Shown piece after piece: positions 12,871 to 26,593 of a stretch of 64,000 nt of DNA. A model generated the notes under the pieces. It was given only the letters and a program-made list of their open reading frames with translations. It made no database searches and was not told the origin of the DNA. The first letter of the stretch is position 1; each line of letters begins with the position of its first letter. A program made the position numbers and the translations under genes. This stretch comes from Octopus bimaculoides (lineage: Eukaryota), in contig NC_068989.1 of NCBI RefSeq assembly GCF_001194135.2, forward strand, positions 10,989,205 through 11,053,204. Direction: 5' to 3'.

Positions 12871-15368
12871 CACATACTAACATATATATATATATAATAT
12901 ATATACATATACACACATATATGCATACTCAGTTGCATGTATATGCATAATGCATGTATGCAGGCCAATTTATCTGCACTACAAATGCAACAGATATGCC
13001 AATACAGATAAACGATACATCCGATAAGTATTTTAATGTATCAACCAAAACACATGCCATGCTTTATAGGGCATTGCACTATGGTAAATAAAAATAAAGA
13101 TAAGAGAGAAACAGTCTAAGAAGAACCTGTCGACATAGAAATGCTGAGAAGCTTTTCAAGCATCTGTTTCCAGTGTGGAACTCATCCTTTAAAATGATGA
13201 GTATCTTGAAAAGGTGGAAACAATATTTGGCTAACGTGGTTTAATTATAATAAACTACTAACTCATACAAACAAAATTAGAAGCCAACCTTCTCAAGATT
13301 ATAGTACAGAGAACCACAAAAATATTGGTTGAGGTCTCCAAAGTTATAATGGAGTTTTTACAGGTAAATGCAGGTATGGCTGAATGATTGATAAGTTTGG
13401 TTTGCAATCATGAGATACTGGGTCCAATGCTACAGTATGTCATCTTACAGTAAATGCATTTACTATAGAGGCAGCGAGTTGGCAGAAACATTAGCACCCC
13501 GGGCGAAATGCTTAGCGGTATTTCGTCTACTGTTACGTTCTGAGTTCAAATTCCACCGAGGTCGTCTTTGCCTTTCATCCTTTCAGGATCGATAAATAAA
13601 GTACCAGTCACGCACTGGGGTCAATGTAATCGACTTAATCCCTTTGTCTATCCTTGTTTGTCCCCTCTATGTTTAGCCCCTTGTGGGCAATAAATAAATA
13701 AGTAAATGCATTTCCTATAGATTTTGTATCCCTATCAGGTATCTCTACTTATCTTTGAAGGCCCATTACACTGAACCAAGTATCTCTACTCATCTTTGAT
13801 GGTACAAAGCAGTAGACAATTTGACAGGGAAAATGATATCACCACTTATAGCTTTGCGACTTTTGGAGAAGCACAAATGTAAACAGTCACACACACACAC
13901 ACACACACACAAATGCACACAAACATAAACTCATGCATATGAGTACCTATGAGGATCTAGTAGTACCTGTGATAACAGGTATTAGATCCTGCATTCAGTG
14001 TTTATCCTATTTAGAAGTATAGTCATATCTATATCCAGAAATCGCTGTGTTGGTTAAGAAGCTTGCTTTCCCAACCACATGGTTCCAGGTTCAGTTTCAC
14101 TGCATGGAACCATGGGCAAGTGTCTTCCACTACAGACCTGAGTGGAAATGAACCATCATCATCGTCGTTTAACGTCCGCTTTCCATGCTAGCATGGGTTG
14201 GATGGTTTGACTGAGGACTGGTGAACCAAATGGCTGCACCAGGCTCCAATCTGATTTGGCAGAGTTTCTACAGCTGGATGCTCTTCCTAATGCCAACCAC
14301 TCCGAGAATATGCATGGAAACTGAAAGAAGCCTGTTATAAATATATGTGTGTGTGTGTGTGTGTGAGTATGTTAATGTCTCCTGTTTTGACATCACATGA
14401 TTGTTGTTGTAAACAGGTGTCACCACCATACAAGCAGTGATCTTTGTTTCCAATCTTCCATGGAAACATGAGCTCATCATGCCCCAGCATGGGCACAATC
14501 CAACGAATGAAAGCAGTAAAAAAAACTGAACAAAGTAAAAGATAGTTGCATGATATTACAAAGATAACAATCAATATCATTGTGTCGATGGGGGGGGGGG
14601 CGAAATAAAACTCCAGCAGAGATAGTCAAGATGACAAGGAGTGTATTGGGCTCAATCGGTGGATCTCAACCTGGGTCCACATGGCCCTTCGAGGTCGATA
14701 TAAAATTTTTTGTATAAGATTTTTGGCAAGTTGCATGGTGACTTCACAAGTGCTGGTGACATGAAAAAAACGCACCCAGTAAATGCTGTAAAGTGGTTGG
14801 TATTAGGAAGAGCATCAAGCCATAGAAACCATGCCAAAAAAACACCAGAACCATCTGACTCATGCCAGCAAGGAACATCATCATCATCATCGTTTAACGT
14901 CCGCTTTCCATGCTAGCATGGGTTGGATGATTTGACTGAGGACTGGTGAACTGGATGGCTACACCAGGCTCCAATCTGATTTGGCAGAGTTTCTACAGCT
15001 GGATGCCCTTCCTAACGCCAACCACTCAGAGAACATGGACAATAAGTGATGATGGTGATGATGATAATGAAGGTCTCAAAATCAAACCTTCCAGTATGTT
15101 AATCACAACATGTCTTGTGAGGTTTTACAGTGCAAACTGGAGACTAAAAAATAGTTGTATAAAACTGGGATACTTACCAAATGTTGAATCAAGTCCGTTC
15201 TGTAATGGTCCCATCCGAGTTCCCCAATATGTAGACCGTTCTTTCGGAGTGCTAACTTCCAGTGATGTCCTGTCTATAAAGATATTAACCATTATAGTTA
15301 AAGTCCCAAGCTTTTGGAAATCATTTCATATGACATGCAAGAAACACCACATGTACACACAGGTATGA

Positions 15369-15399
<31 letters not shown>

Positions 15400-16568
15400 G
15401 ACAGATGAAATACCGCTAAGCATTTCGTCCGGCGTACTAACATTTCTGCCAGCTCACCGCCTGAATGAAGTGCCAGTTATTGACCCCCAAATGAGTGAAG
15501 AGCAAAGTTGAGCTTAGCAGTACTTGAACTCAAAGCAGTAAGAATCAAAGCCAATACCATGAGACATTCTTTCTGATGCTCTGCCAACTCTGTTTTGAAT
15601 TCATCATCATCATCATCATTTAACGTCCGCTTTCCATGCTAGCATGGGTTGGACGATTTGACTGAGGACTGGTGAAACCAGATGGCTACACCAGGCTCCA
15701 ATCTGATTTGGCAGAGTTTCTACAGCTGGATGCCCTTCCTAACGCCAACCACTCCGAGAGTGTAGTGGGTGCTTTTACGTGCCACCTGCATGAGGGCCAG
15801 TCAGGTGGTACTGGCAACGGCCACGCTCAAAGTATATATGAATATGACTAGATATGCAAATATATGCATGAGAAGACTTACATAAAACAAAACATACAAA
15901 TCTGCAGAATCATGCATTATAACAAAGCTAAAAGATTGTTTAGTTCTAGAATGACATTGTAGGGCAGGTGTGAGCAGCTGGAACTGGCAGAATTAAACGC
16001 TAAAGGGTTAATAATGGTTGACTGAATATACTGAAATAATGAGTCAAAATGAAAAACATCTGACCAATCAGAATTAACCGTATAAGCTAAGCACAAAAAT
16101 CTGACCAATCAGAACTGGCCACACAAGCTACTCACAAAAAAACCACTGCTAAAACTGCAACATAAATTGTTAATAGCATACCTTTGCCTCTGATCTTTTA
16201 CCGCTGAAATCACCAGGAAGATGGTGCCACCGAATAGCTCCGTCCAACCCATTCAGAGCAAACGTAGAGAAATGTGTGAGAGTATCTTGCTGTTCTGAAG
16301 ACTTTGGTTCTGACAAGCTGCAATAAAAAAATTATTGTAAAGTCATTTGGATGGAAACGAGAAACCAGAATTACATTCTTTTACTCTTTTACTTGTTTCA
16401 GTCATTTGACTGTCGCCATGCTGGAGCACCGCCTTTAGTCGAGCAAATCGACCTCCAGGACTTATTCTTTGTAAGCCTAGTACTTATTCTATCGGTCTCT
16501 TTTGCCGAACCGCTAAGTTACGGGGATGTAAACACACCAGCATCGGTTGTCAAGCGATGGTGGGGGGA

Positions 16569-16608
<40 letters not shown>

Positions 16609-19600
16609 TACGTACACATGCAATTATAAATGGAATGCATATCCTTTTAATCTGAAGAAATACTAGCCAGAACATCAGAATGATTAAAGTTCAATATAGA
16701 CTATCACAAGGTTGATGTTATATAACAGTATTTTATATTGTTACATAACAGCAGATTGTTATGTAACTCTGCCAAGCAGAACATGGCTGCTGTCTGATAC
16801 AAATAGTGAAGTGGGTGGTTGTGATGTTCATAGCTCTGACAAGAATCAGTTTAATCCAGAAATACTATACTAAAGAGATTACAGCCTCTAAACCAAGACT
16901 GTAAGCCTTCTAGTATTATTTTTACAGCATAATCTCTCCGTTCAATAAACCAAAAAAGAGATAACAAAATGTGATGAGGAGGGAAACAGTTGATAGTTCA
17001 GGAAAAAATTAAATGAAATTCTTTCTTTGTCTGTTTGGTATTACAATGGTTTTAGGGTTTCTTGAGACAAAACAAAGCAGAACAATGAGGTATAAATAGT
17101 TGTTTATCTCACACATTAATGCAATAATTTGCATAAAATTCGTGACCTTTTGTGTCCGAAATTGTCTGTCAATGAGTGATCAGTCTAGCTACCTACTTAG
17201 AAAGTGGTAAAAAGGAACTTGTAATGATTTGGTAAAGAGAAACATTTAACATTAAACGCTTGCTCCTTTCACAAACTATAAAGAGATATAACTGTTTCTG
17301 ACGCATAAAAACATATATAAACACAAATAAAAACACGAGATCACTAACGCACAGAGATGTGTAAACACGAAAATGTAATATAACGATATATCAAAACACA
17401 CAGACCTATAAAGACAAACAATGTTACATGGACACACAAATCATGTCACAATGATATATAAAGCCATGAAATGTTATATCATCATCATCATTTCACAACT
17501 ATTTTTTTCATGCTTGCAGGGGTTGGAGATAACAAAGGGGATCACATTATCATCTTTTTCATGAAGTTCAACTTCCTGAGATCAACTTTCACCCCTTCTT
17601 CCCGGTCCCTTCCACTTAAATCATTAGGTACTTCCTTACCCATTTCTCATCCTCCATTTGCATCACATGTACAACTGGTAAACAATTATCTCGTTCTAAG
17701 GATGTAACTGAGGTGATTTGATCAAATAATAATTCGTTGAGAAATTCATCTTTCTCATACACTAAATATGATTGATGTTAGGAGACAATAATGACCCTAG
17801 AGATGAGAGTCTATTTCATTTAATGTATGAATCACAGTAGTACCCCAGCTAAACCTAAAAAGTGTTGTGAAAAGAAGGTGATACTTACTCCTACAAATAC
17901 TAAGTGAGATTTATACGTAGCAGTACAGACTTCATTTTTTGTTGATTCCTCCTCTATGGTTTTTTTTTCTCACCTCATTTGTGTTCAGTCACACATGCAC
18001 ACTAACGTTACATAATCAGTGGAGCATACTCCTATTTTTGCCAATCTTCACTTATTCAAGATTGCATCCAAGAATGCTTTGCTACCCTGCAATATTGCAC
18101 TTTATATGCAAGCATTTTAATTTGTTCTTTACCCAGAGAGAGAACCCCTTTGTTGCAGCAGAGATTATAACTCCTAGACACCAATGTTAATGAAAGCAAT
18201 CTATCTTTTACCTTTTACTTGTTTCGGTTATTTGATTGCAGCCATGCTGGGGCAGTACCCTGAAAGCTTTTAGTCAAATCAACCACAGTACTTATTCTTT
18301 AAGTCTGGGACTGATTCTATCAGACACATTTGCTGAACCGATAAGTTATGGGGATGTAAAAAAACCAACACCAGTTGTCAAGTAGTGGGGCAGACAAACA
18401 CAAAGACACAAAAAATGACTTCCCATACAGTTTCTGTCCGTTAAATTCACTCACAAGGCCTTGGTTGACCCGGGGCAGTAGTAGAAAACACTTACCCAAG
18501 GTACTGCGCAGTGGAACTGAACCCAAAACTACATGGTGCAAAGTTGAGCTTGTTAACCACACGACTACGCCTAAACTGAAACTGACTTGCCCTTTGCAAT
18601 CATGTTAACTCTTTTACATTACCAACAGCCATAAGAAATGCATGAACATCAAACAATCTCATGGCTGTTTATTACGCATATATAAATCTGAGGTCAGAAT
18701 TTGTCGGATTTGGAGGTTGTTTTATATAAGAAATCAATACCCTACAAAAAATTACATGCTTCCCACATCTTCTCTTGTTCTCCTGGGGCTACTGTAACAT
18801 CATCTCCACCCTTAGTATCAACAGATGGATGTTTCGTTGTCAAAATAAACTCAGCGTAAAACACAAGCTTGTGCCACTAGCATCATCACCATAAACACCA
18901 CCCAACTAACTTCATTTTTTCTCATTATCAACTGAGATATCTGTGAGATTCTTTCCTCGTTTCTTTTGCTTATGTTTTTTCTCTGTTTCAGTAGCATAAA
19001 AACCACTGAATGGGGACAACTGAATGCTGGGAAAAATTATATAACCAGCACCAACACCCTTTCTGACTTCAGAATCTAAACAGTAATAGACACAAGTCTG
19101 CAAAAAGAAAATAAATAGTTAACTGCCAATTGTTATTATTTTACAGTGGTAAGGCAAGCTAGCAGAATCGTTACAACACTGGGTAAAATGCTTAATGCCA
19201 TGTCATCCAACTTTGCGTTCTGAGTTCAAATGACACCAGAGTCAACTTTGTCTTTTGTCCTTTCATGACCAATAATATAAAAACCAGTTGAGCACAGGGA
19301 TTGATGTAATCAACTTAACCTGTCCCCCAGAGTTGCTGGCTTTGTGCTAAAATTTGAAACCATTGTTTTGTAGTAGTGAGCTGGTAGACTCGTGAGAACA
19401 TCAGGAAAATATGCTTTGCAGTATTAGTTCCGGCTCTCCACATTCTGAGTTCAAATCCCGCCCACAGCAAAAAATGTTTTGCTGTATAAGTTTCAGCTAT
19501 CTACATTCACAGAGTTCAAATCACACCAAGGTCAACTTTGCTTTTCATCCTTTCAAGGTCAACAAAGCACCAGATTGAGGTCCATGGAATCAATTAAGCT

Positions 19601-20975
19601 GATCCCTTTGTGGCCAACCACTTTACAGAGTGGACACATGCACACAAGTATATATATATATAAACACAACGGGCTTCTTTTAGTTTCCATGAATGAAATC
19701 CACACATAATATTTTTGTTTGACCTGACGCTATACTAAAAGAGAGTTGCCCAAGGCACCACAGAGTGGGACTGAACCTGAAGCCATGAGGTTAGGAAGTA
19801 AACTTCTTAACAACACAGTCACGCCTGCATCTATTATATACACTTATATGTGAAATTGTTCCACCGAAATCTATCCCCTTTCTACTAACACAGAAAAACC
19901 AGATTTAGAATAGTAATGATTTTTACAGCTGGGTGCCCTTCCTGTTGCCAACCACTTTACAGAGTGGACACATGCACACAAGTAAACACAATGGGCTTCA
20001 TTCAGTTTCCATGAATGAAATCCATTCTCAATATTTTCTGTTTAGCCTGATGCTATAGTAAAAGAGAGTTGCCCAAGGCACCACAGAGTGGGATTGAACC
20101 TGAAGCCATGAGGTTGGGAAGCAAACTTCTTAACAACACAGTCACGCCTGCACCTATTAGATACACTTATATGTGAAATTGTTCCACCGAAATCTATCCC
20201 ATTTCTACTAACATAGAAAAACCAGATGTAGAACAGTAAAAGTGCATTTACACAAACAACACACACACACACAGAAGTCCTTACAGTATTTTAGATCTCC
20301 TCTTTCATAAGTAGTGGCATTATTTTCCCATATTCCCACCGAGACACTTTCAAACAAAGAATATATCCAACAGAGCTTGTCAATCATTCTAAGATTGATA
20401 CTTCCAGTCAAATGCCAGCAACACAAGAGGAACAACTCAATGATTCCGCTCCATTTTAGCTGATATGATACACTTTAACTCAGAGAAAATTGCTCTCAAG
20501 CATTTCCTACACAGAAATATGCCATTTTCTTTTAGTTCTTTTACAGATTTCAGTCATTAGACTGTGGCCATGCTGGGGCACCATCTCCAAGAGCTTTAGC
20601 TCATCCACATTGGTTGGTTCCCAGTTTTGATGTCAGTCCAATGTTTATTTTATCAATTTCCATTCATCACAGAGCTGCAAGGTTTAACTTTTTAGTGTCA
20701 AATGGGTGGAATAATGTAGGTTACACACACACACACATACACACACACACACACACACATATTCTTTTATTGGTTTCAGTCGTTTGACTGCAGCCATGCT
20801 GGAGCACTGGGACTTATTCTTTATAAGCCTGGTACTCATTCTATCAGTCTCTATTTACTGAACTACTAAGTTACAGGGATGTAAACACCCCAACATTGTT
20901 GGATGTCAAGAAATGGTGGTAGGACAAACCACAGACACACAAGCATATATATATATATGTATGTATGTATGTATG

Positions 20976-21049
<74 letters not shown>

Positions 21050-21475
21050 CANNNNNNNNNNCAAGATGCCTTGCAGTGGGACTGAACCTGGAACCATGTG
21101 GTTGGAAAGCAAGCTTCTTACCACACAACCACGCTCGCGGGAAGGCACATGGCTCAGTGATTAGAGCATCAGGCCACAACCACGAGGTAGTGAGTTCAAT
21201 TCCTGGACTGGGCCATGTGTTGTGTTCTTGAGCAAGACACTTTATTTCACGTTACTCCAGTTCACTCAGCTGTAGAAACCAGTTGTGACATCACTGGTGC
21301 CAAGCTGTATCATAGCCTTTGCCTTTCCGTTGGATAAAATTGGTGACTAGAAGAGGGGAGGCTCATATGCATGGGCAACTACTGGTCTTCCATAAACAAC
21401 CTTGCCTGGACTTGGGCCTTGGAAACCTTCTAGATACAATCCTATGATCCTTCATGACCAAAGAGGGTCCTATAT

Positions 21476-21506
<31 letters not shown>

Positions 21507-21760
21507 AATAAATGCGTCTTTTTAAAGCCTAGCCAGGCTCATGGGTCCGGTTTCCCGGTTTCAATGGCGTATGTGTTCCCCCGCAGCTGGACGAGACGCC
21601 AGTCCATCGCAGCGTTACTCATTTTTGCCAGCTGAGTGGACTGGAGCAACGTGAAATGAAGAGTTTTGCTCAAGAACACAACGCGTTGCCCGGTCCAGGA
21701 ATCAAAACCACAATCTTACAATCATGATGCCAACACCCTAACCACTAAGCCACACACCTC

Positions 21761-21798
<38 letters not shown>

Positions 21799-24700
21799 AT
21801 AATAATAAATGGAGCAAAACGCATGTCAATAAAAGTTCCTTTAATTCCTACACATGTTTCAAAATAAATGAGAGCTCTTTCACAAAGAAGAAAGAGCTGT
21901 TGGGGTTCCTCATATATTTCTCTTCAGGGAGTTCATAATAAAACATATAATAGCAAGACAANNNNNNNNNNNNNNNNNNNNNNNNNNNNNNNNNNNNNNN
22001 NNNNNNNNNNNNNNNNNNNNNNNNNNNNNNNNNNNNNNNNNNNNNNNNNNNNNNNNNNNNNNNNNNNNNNNNNNNNNNNNNNNNNNNNNNNNNNNNNNNN
22101 NNNNNNNNNNNNNNNNNNNNNNNNNNNNNNNNNNNNNNNNNNNNNNNNNNNNNNNNNNNNNNNNNNNNNNNNNNNNNNNNNNNNNNNNNNNNNNNNNNNN
22201 NNNNNNNNNNNNNNNNNNNNNNNNNNNNNNNNNNNNNNNNNNNNNNNNNNNNNNNNNNNNNNNNNNNNNNNNNNNNNNNNNNNNNNNNNNNNNNNNNNNN
22301 NNNNNNTTGCATACTTGAGTGCAAGTTATATTTGAGGTGATGAGCTGAAAATAATTTTTACTTGAAATGAAATGGTGTTGCCCCAGTATGGCCACAGTCA
22401 AATGATTGAAACAAGTAAAAAATAAAAATAGGAAATAATAAAAGAAGCAAGAGGCATTTACCCTATACTCCTCTGACCAACATTCAATAGCCATTTCTAT
22501 GCACTCTCCTCATGTTTTATCCTCTCCTTCTGCACCCCCCCCCCTCCAGCTGCAACTACTTCTGTTTCTCTCAATCAGTGGTCACTGTTCCTCCTCCGTT
22601 AAACTAATCAGTCTACCTACAAGGATGCAGCATAAGTACCTGTCGGGAATTGAACCATAAACGTCTCAGCCAACAGATCAATGCTCACATTGCCTATCAA
22701 ATAGCAGCTCAAGTCTTCAAATTACATAACATTTTATCTAAAATAAGGCTTTAATTAATTCTAAGGATCTTTTTTAAAACGGGGGCCACATTTTTCATTA
22801 ATGTTTTACGTAGTGCTTTTGGTACCGAAATACTTTCAAACTTCGTATACTTATCTATTTTGTGTTATAGAAGAGAAAAATATTTTTGTATTCGAATTTA
22901 TTTCATGTAAAAAATTGTCTTATTTCGATAATTTCAACCAATCACTGACGTCCATTCAGCCGATATACATTAAGTGCCGACTACATAAACAAACGATTCT
23001 TCATTTTATTTGCTTTTTTCATTTTAAATTTGCTTTAACCCTAACCCTAACCCTAACTCTAACCCTACGGTTAGGGTTAGGGTTAGAGTTAGGGTTAGGG
23101 TTAATTGTTTCAGAATCGTTTGTTTATGTAGTCGGCACTTAATGTATATCGGCTGAATGGACGTCAGTGATTGGTTGAAATTACAGAAATACGACAACTT
23201 TAACATGGAATAATTTATGGATTTCTTTTTTTTTTAAGAAGACTAAGAGAAAAAGATGTTTTATATGACACATTCTACCAGTGTTCCAAGTTTCAAAGTG
23301 TTTCGTTAATGAAAAATGTGGCCCCCGTTTTAAAAAAGATCCAATTCTAATTAATACAGTGCTTAAATTAGTATGACAATCACTAGTACTTCAATTAAAA
23401 CATTGCTCTAGTTAACATTCTGCTTCAATTAACATATTGCTCTAATTAATAATACAGTTTCAATTATCACACTGTTTAAATTAATACTAACACAATAATT
23501 ATACTAATACATTACAATGCATTAATTCATTAATTAAATTACTAGACTGCTCCATTTAAAACAATTCTTTTTTTTTTTATTCACAGGCTGTAGATTAATA
23601 CATTCCAGTATCATAACAATAGTCCAGTCCAGATGACGGGAAAATACACAGACATTGTTTATTTTTGAAATCTTACTTTCTTTATGATTTTTTCTTTAAC
23701 TTGTTTCACTCATTTGACTGTGGCCATGCTGGGGCACCACCTTGAGGAACTTCTAGTCGAATGAATCAACCCAGTATTTTTTTTTTTTAAGTCTAATACT
23801 TATTCTTTCAATCTCTTGAAAGCTATGCCTATATATTTCTACTGTAAATATCTTTTACCCACTTCAGTCATTGGACTGCAGCCATGCTATGTACAGTGAT
23901 GCTGTCAGTAAGGTGAGAGTTGGCCTGGAATACAGTGATGAATTTAACGTACAAGTTAGAGTACACCAAGGATCAAGAGTGGGATTTGCTGCACTAAGTG
24001 TAACCTATGGTTGCATAAGACAGGGGTTTTCAAACTTTTTGACTTGCGGACCCCTTTATATTTCAGGCTTTACCTTAGGGACCCCCTTATAAACGCTTAT
24101 GAAATTTATACATAAATATTTTCTTAAAATAACATATTTTTACATTTATTTATTTAACAGTATTTAACAAAATAGGTTTATTGTCAATTAAAAGATTTCG
24201 ATTAAAAAACATATATAAAATCAAATTGCCCATAAAAAGTAATTGCTGTCCACGGACCCCCTGTCTTGTCCTTGCGGACCCCCTGTGGTCCGTGGACCAC
24301 AGTTTGAAAACCCCTGGCATAAGAGATGCAGTGGAATCATGGGAAGATTATCAGATAAGGTTGCTTTCGCGTGTGGCAGATGTGCAGGAACAGTAAGTAC
24401 TAAGAGCATGAGGGACTTAAACTCTCTCAAATGCCCAGGAGGCTCTCTTGAGGTAGTAGATAGGTTTTGCTATTAAGGTGACCAAATTAGTAACAGTGGT
24501 GGATGCTCTGAAAGTGTTGTTTCTAGAATAAGAATAGGGTGGAGGAAGTTCAGAGAACTACGACCTCTGTTGGCAGCAAAAGGACTCTCTCTAAGAATGA
24601 AAGGTAGGTTGTATGATGCTTGTGTGAGAACAGCTATGTTACATGGTAGTGAGACATGGGCTCTGACTGCGGAGGACATGCGTAGGCTGAAGAGAAATGA

Positions 24701-25357
24701 AGGTAGTATGTTCCATTGGATTTGAAGCATCAGGGTGCATGACCGACAGAGCACATCTGTGTTGAGAGAAAAGTTAGGCATAAGAGGCATTAAATGTGGC
24801 ATGCAGGAGAGGAGACTGCGCTGGTTTGGACATGTGATGCATATGAGTGAAGACAACTGCATACAGAAGTGCCTGTCGCTGAAAGTGGATGTTACCTGTA
24901 GAAGAGTGAGACCCAGGAAGACATGGGATGAAGCAGTGAGGATTGATCTTAGGATGTTGGGGCTCACGAAGGAAATGACAGAAGACCGAGATGTTTGGTG
25001 ATAAGAGGTCCTAGGGAAGACCCATTCACGAAACTGAATGCCAGAAGAGTTGTGTTCCACCCACATGTAACGACACACCTTTCACCCTCTCTACCCTAAG
25101 AAATCAAACTACAACTCCTCTTCTAATTGCATCTTTCTCTTCCTCACATTTCCTCCTCATACATAATGATTGTTTTCGAATCCCCTTTCTTGCCCTCACT
25201 GCCATGGTCACTGTATCACTGCTCAACATCCCACCACCACCACCCACACCCTATTTTTCTAACCAGGCTCTACCCTCATATTCTTGTTACTTGTGAGAAT
25301 GCCCCTAGCACTACACCATCTCTCTTCTGCTCTCTCTTACACTTTTGTTGTTTCCAA

Positions 25358-25400
<43 letters not shown>

Positions 25401-26523
25401 TCTCTTGTTTTTCCTTCAATTAGGTAACCAAGTATCACCTTTACATCAGCACACTTGGTTCTGGCCTCTTTCTAACTCTCCATCTCCTCTCACTGGGTAA
25501 CCATGCACCTCTTCTATAGCAAGACACCTATTTCTGCCTCTCTATTTCCCTGTTACACTCTAACCTTTCATCATTTGATACTGGATCACCTCCTCTAATG
25601 CCCCCTCTGTTGTGGCAAGACACCTGCTTCTGTCTTTCAGTCCCTTTGTCACACTCTAACTTTCATCCTCTGACGCAAATGCCCCTGCCCCCTCTCATAA
25701 TTCCTTGTCTTGTGGGTTACTTGGTTACCCTGCCAGTGCTGGTGCCACGTTAAAAGCACCCAGCCCAAACTGTAACGTGGTCGGCATCTGGAAGGGCATA
25801 CAGCGGTAAAAATCTTGCCAGAACTAACTTCGCCTGTGCTTGTGCCACGTTAAAAGCATCAACTCAACACTGTAATGTGATTGGCGTCTGGAAGGGCATC
25901 CAGCTGTAAAAATCTTGCCAAAAGTAACTTCGCCTATGCTAGTACCACATAGAAAGCACTGAGTCCACTTTGCAGAGTGGTTAGTGTTAGGAAGGGCATC
26001 CAGCTGTAAAATCCCTGCTAAAACAGACACAGTAGCCTTGGGTAGATTTTCTACTTGGCCGGCTCCTGTCAACCATCCTACCCATGCATGCATGGAAGAT
26101 GGACATTAAACAATGATGATAATTATATATATATATCATCATCATCATTTAATGTCCATTTTCCATGCTGGCATGGGTTGGACTGTTTGACTGAGGTCTG
26201 GAAAGCTAGCGGCTGTACCAGGCTCCAATCTGATCTGGCAATGTTTCTACAGCTGGATGCCCTTCCTAATGCCAACCTCTCCGAGAATGTAGGTGGGTGC
26301 TTTTTACGTGCCACCAGCACAGGAGCCAGTCAGGCTGGCCTGGCATCGATCACGTCCAGATGGAGCTCTTTGCATGCCACTGGCACACCAGCCAGTCAGG
26401 CCCTGGCATCGATCATGTTCAAACAGTATATGTTATGTGCCACCGCCTCAGGAGACAGTCAGGAGGCACTGGCATAGCCACGTTTGGATGGTGCTTTTTA
26501 CACGCCACTGGCACAGGAGCCAA

Positions 26524-26593
<70 letters not shown>

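Noticed and set aside
23036-23103. Relic of a telomere-telomere chromosome fusion
   Set aside because: A fusion gives (TTAGGG)n then (CCCTAA)n; here the order is reversed and the array is enclosed by TIRs and a TSD
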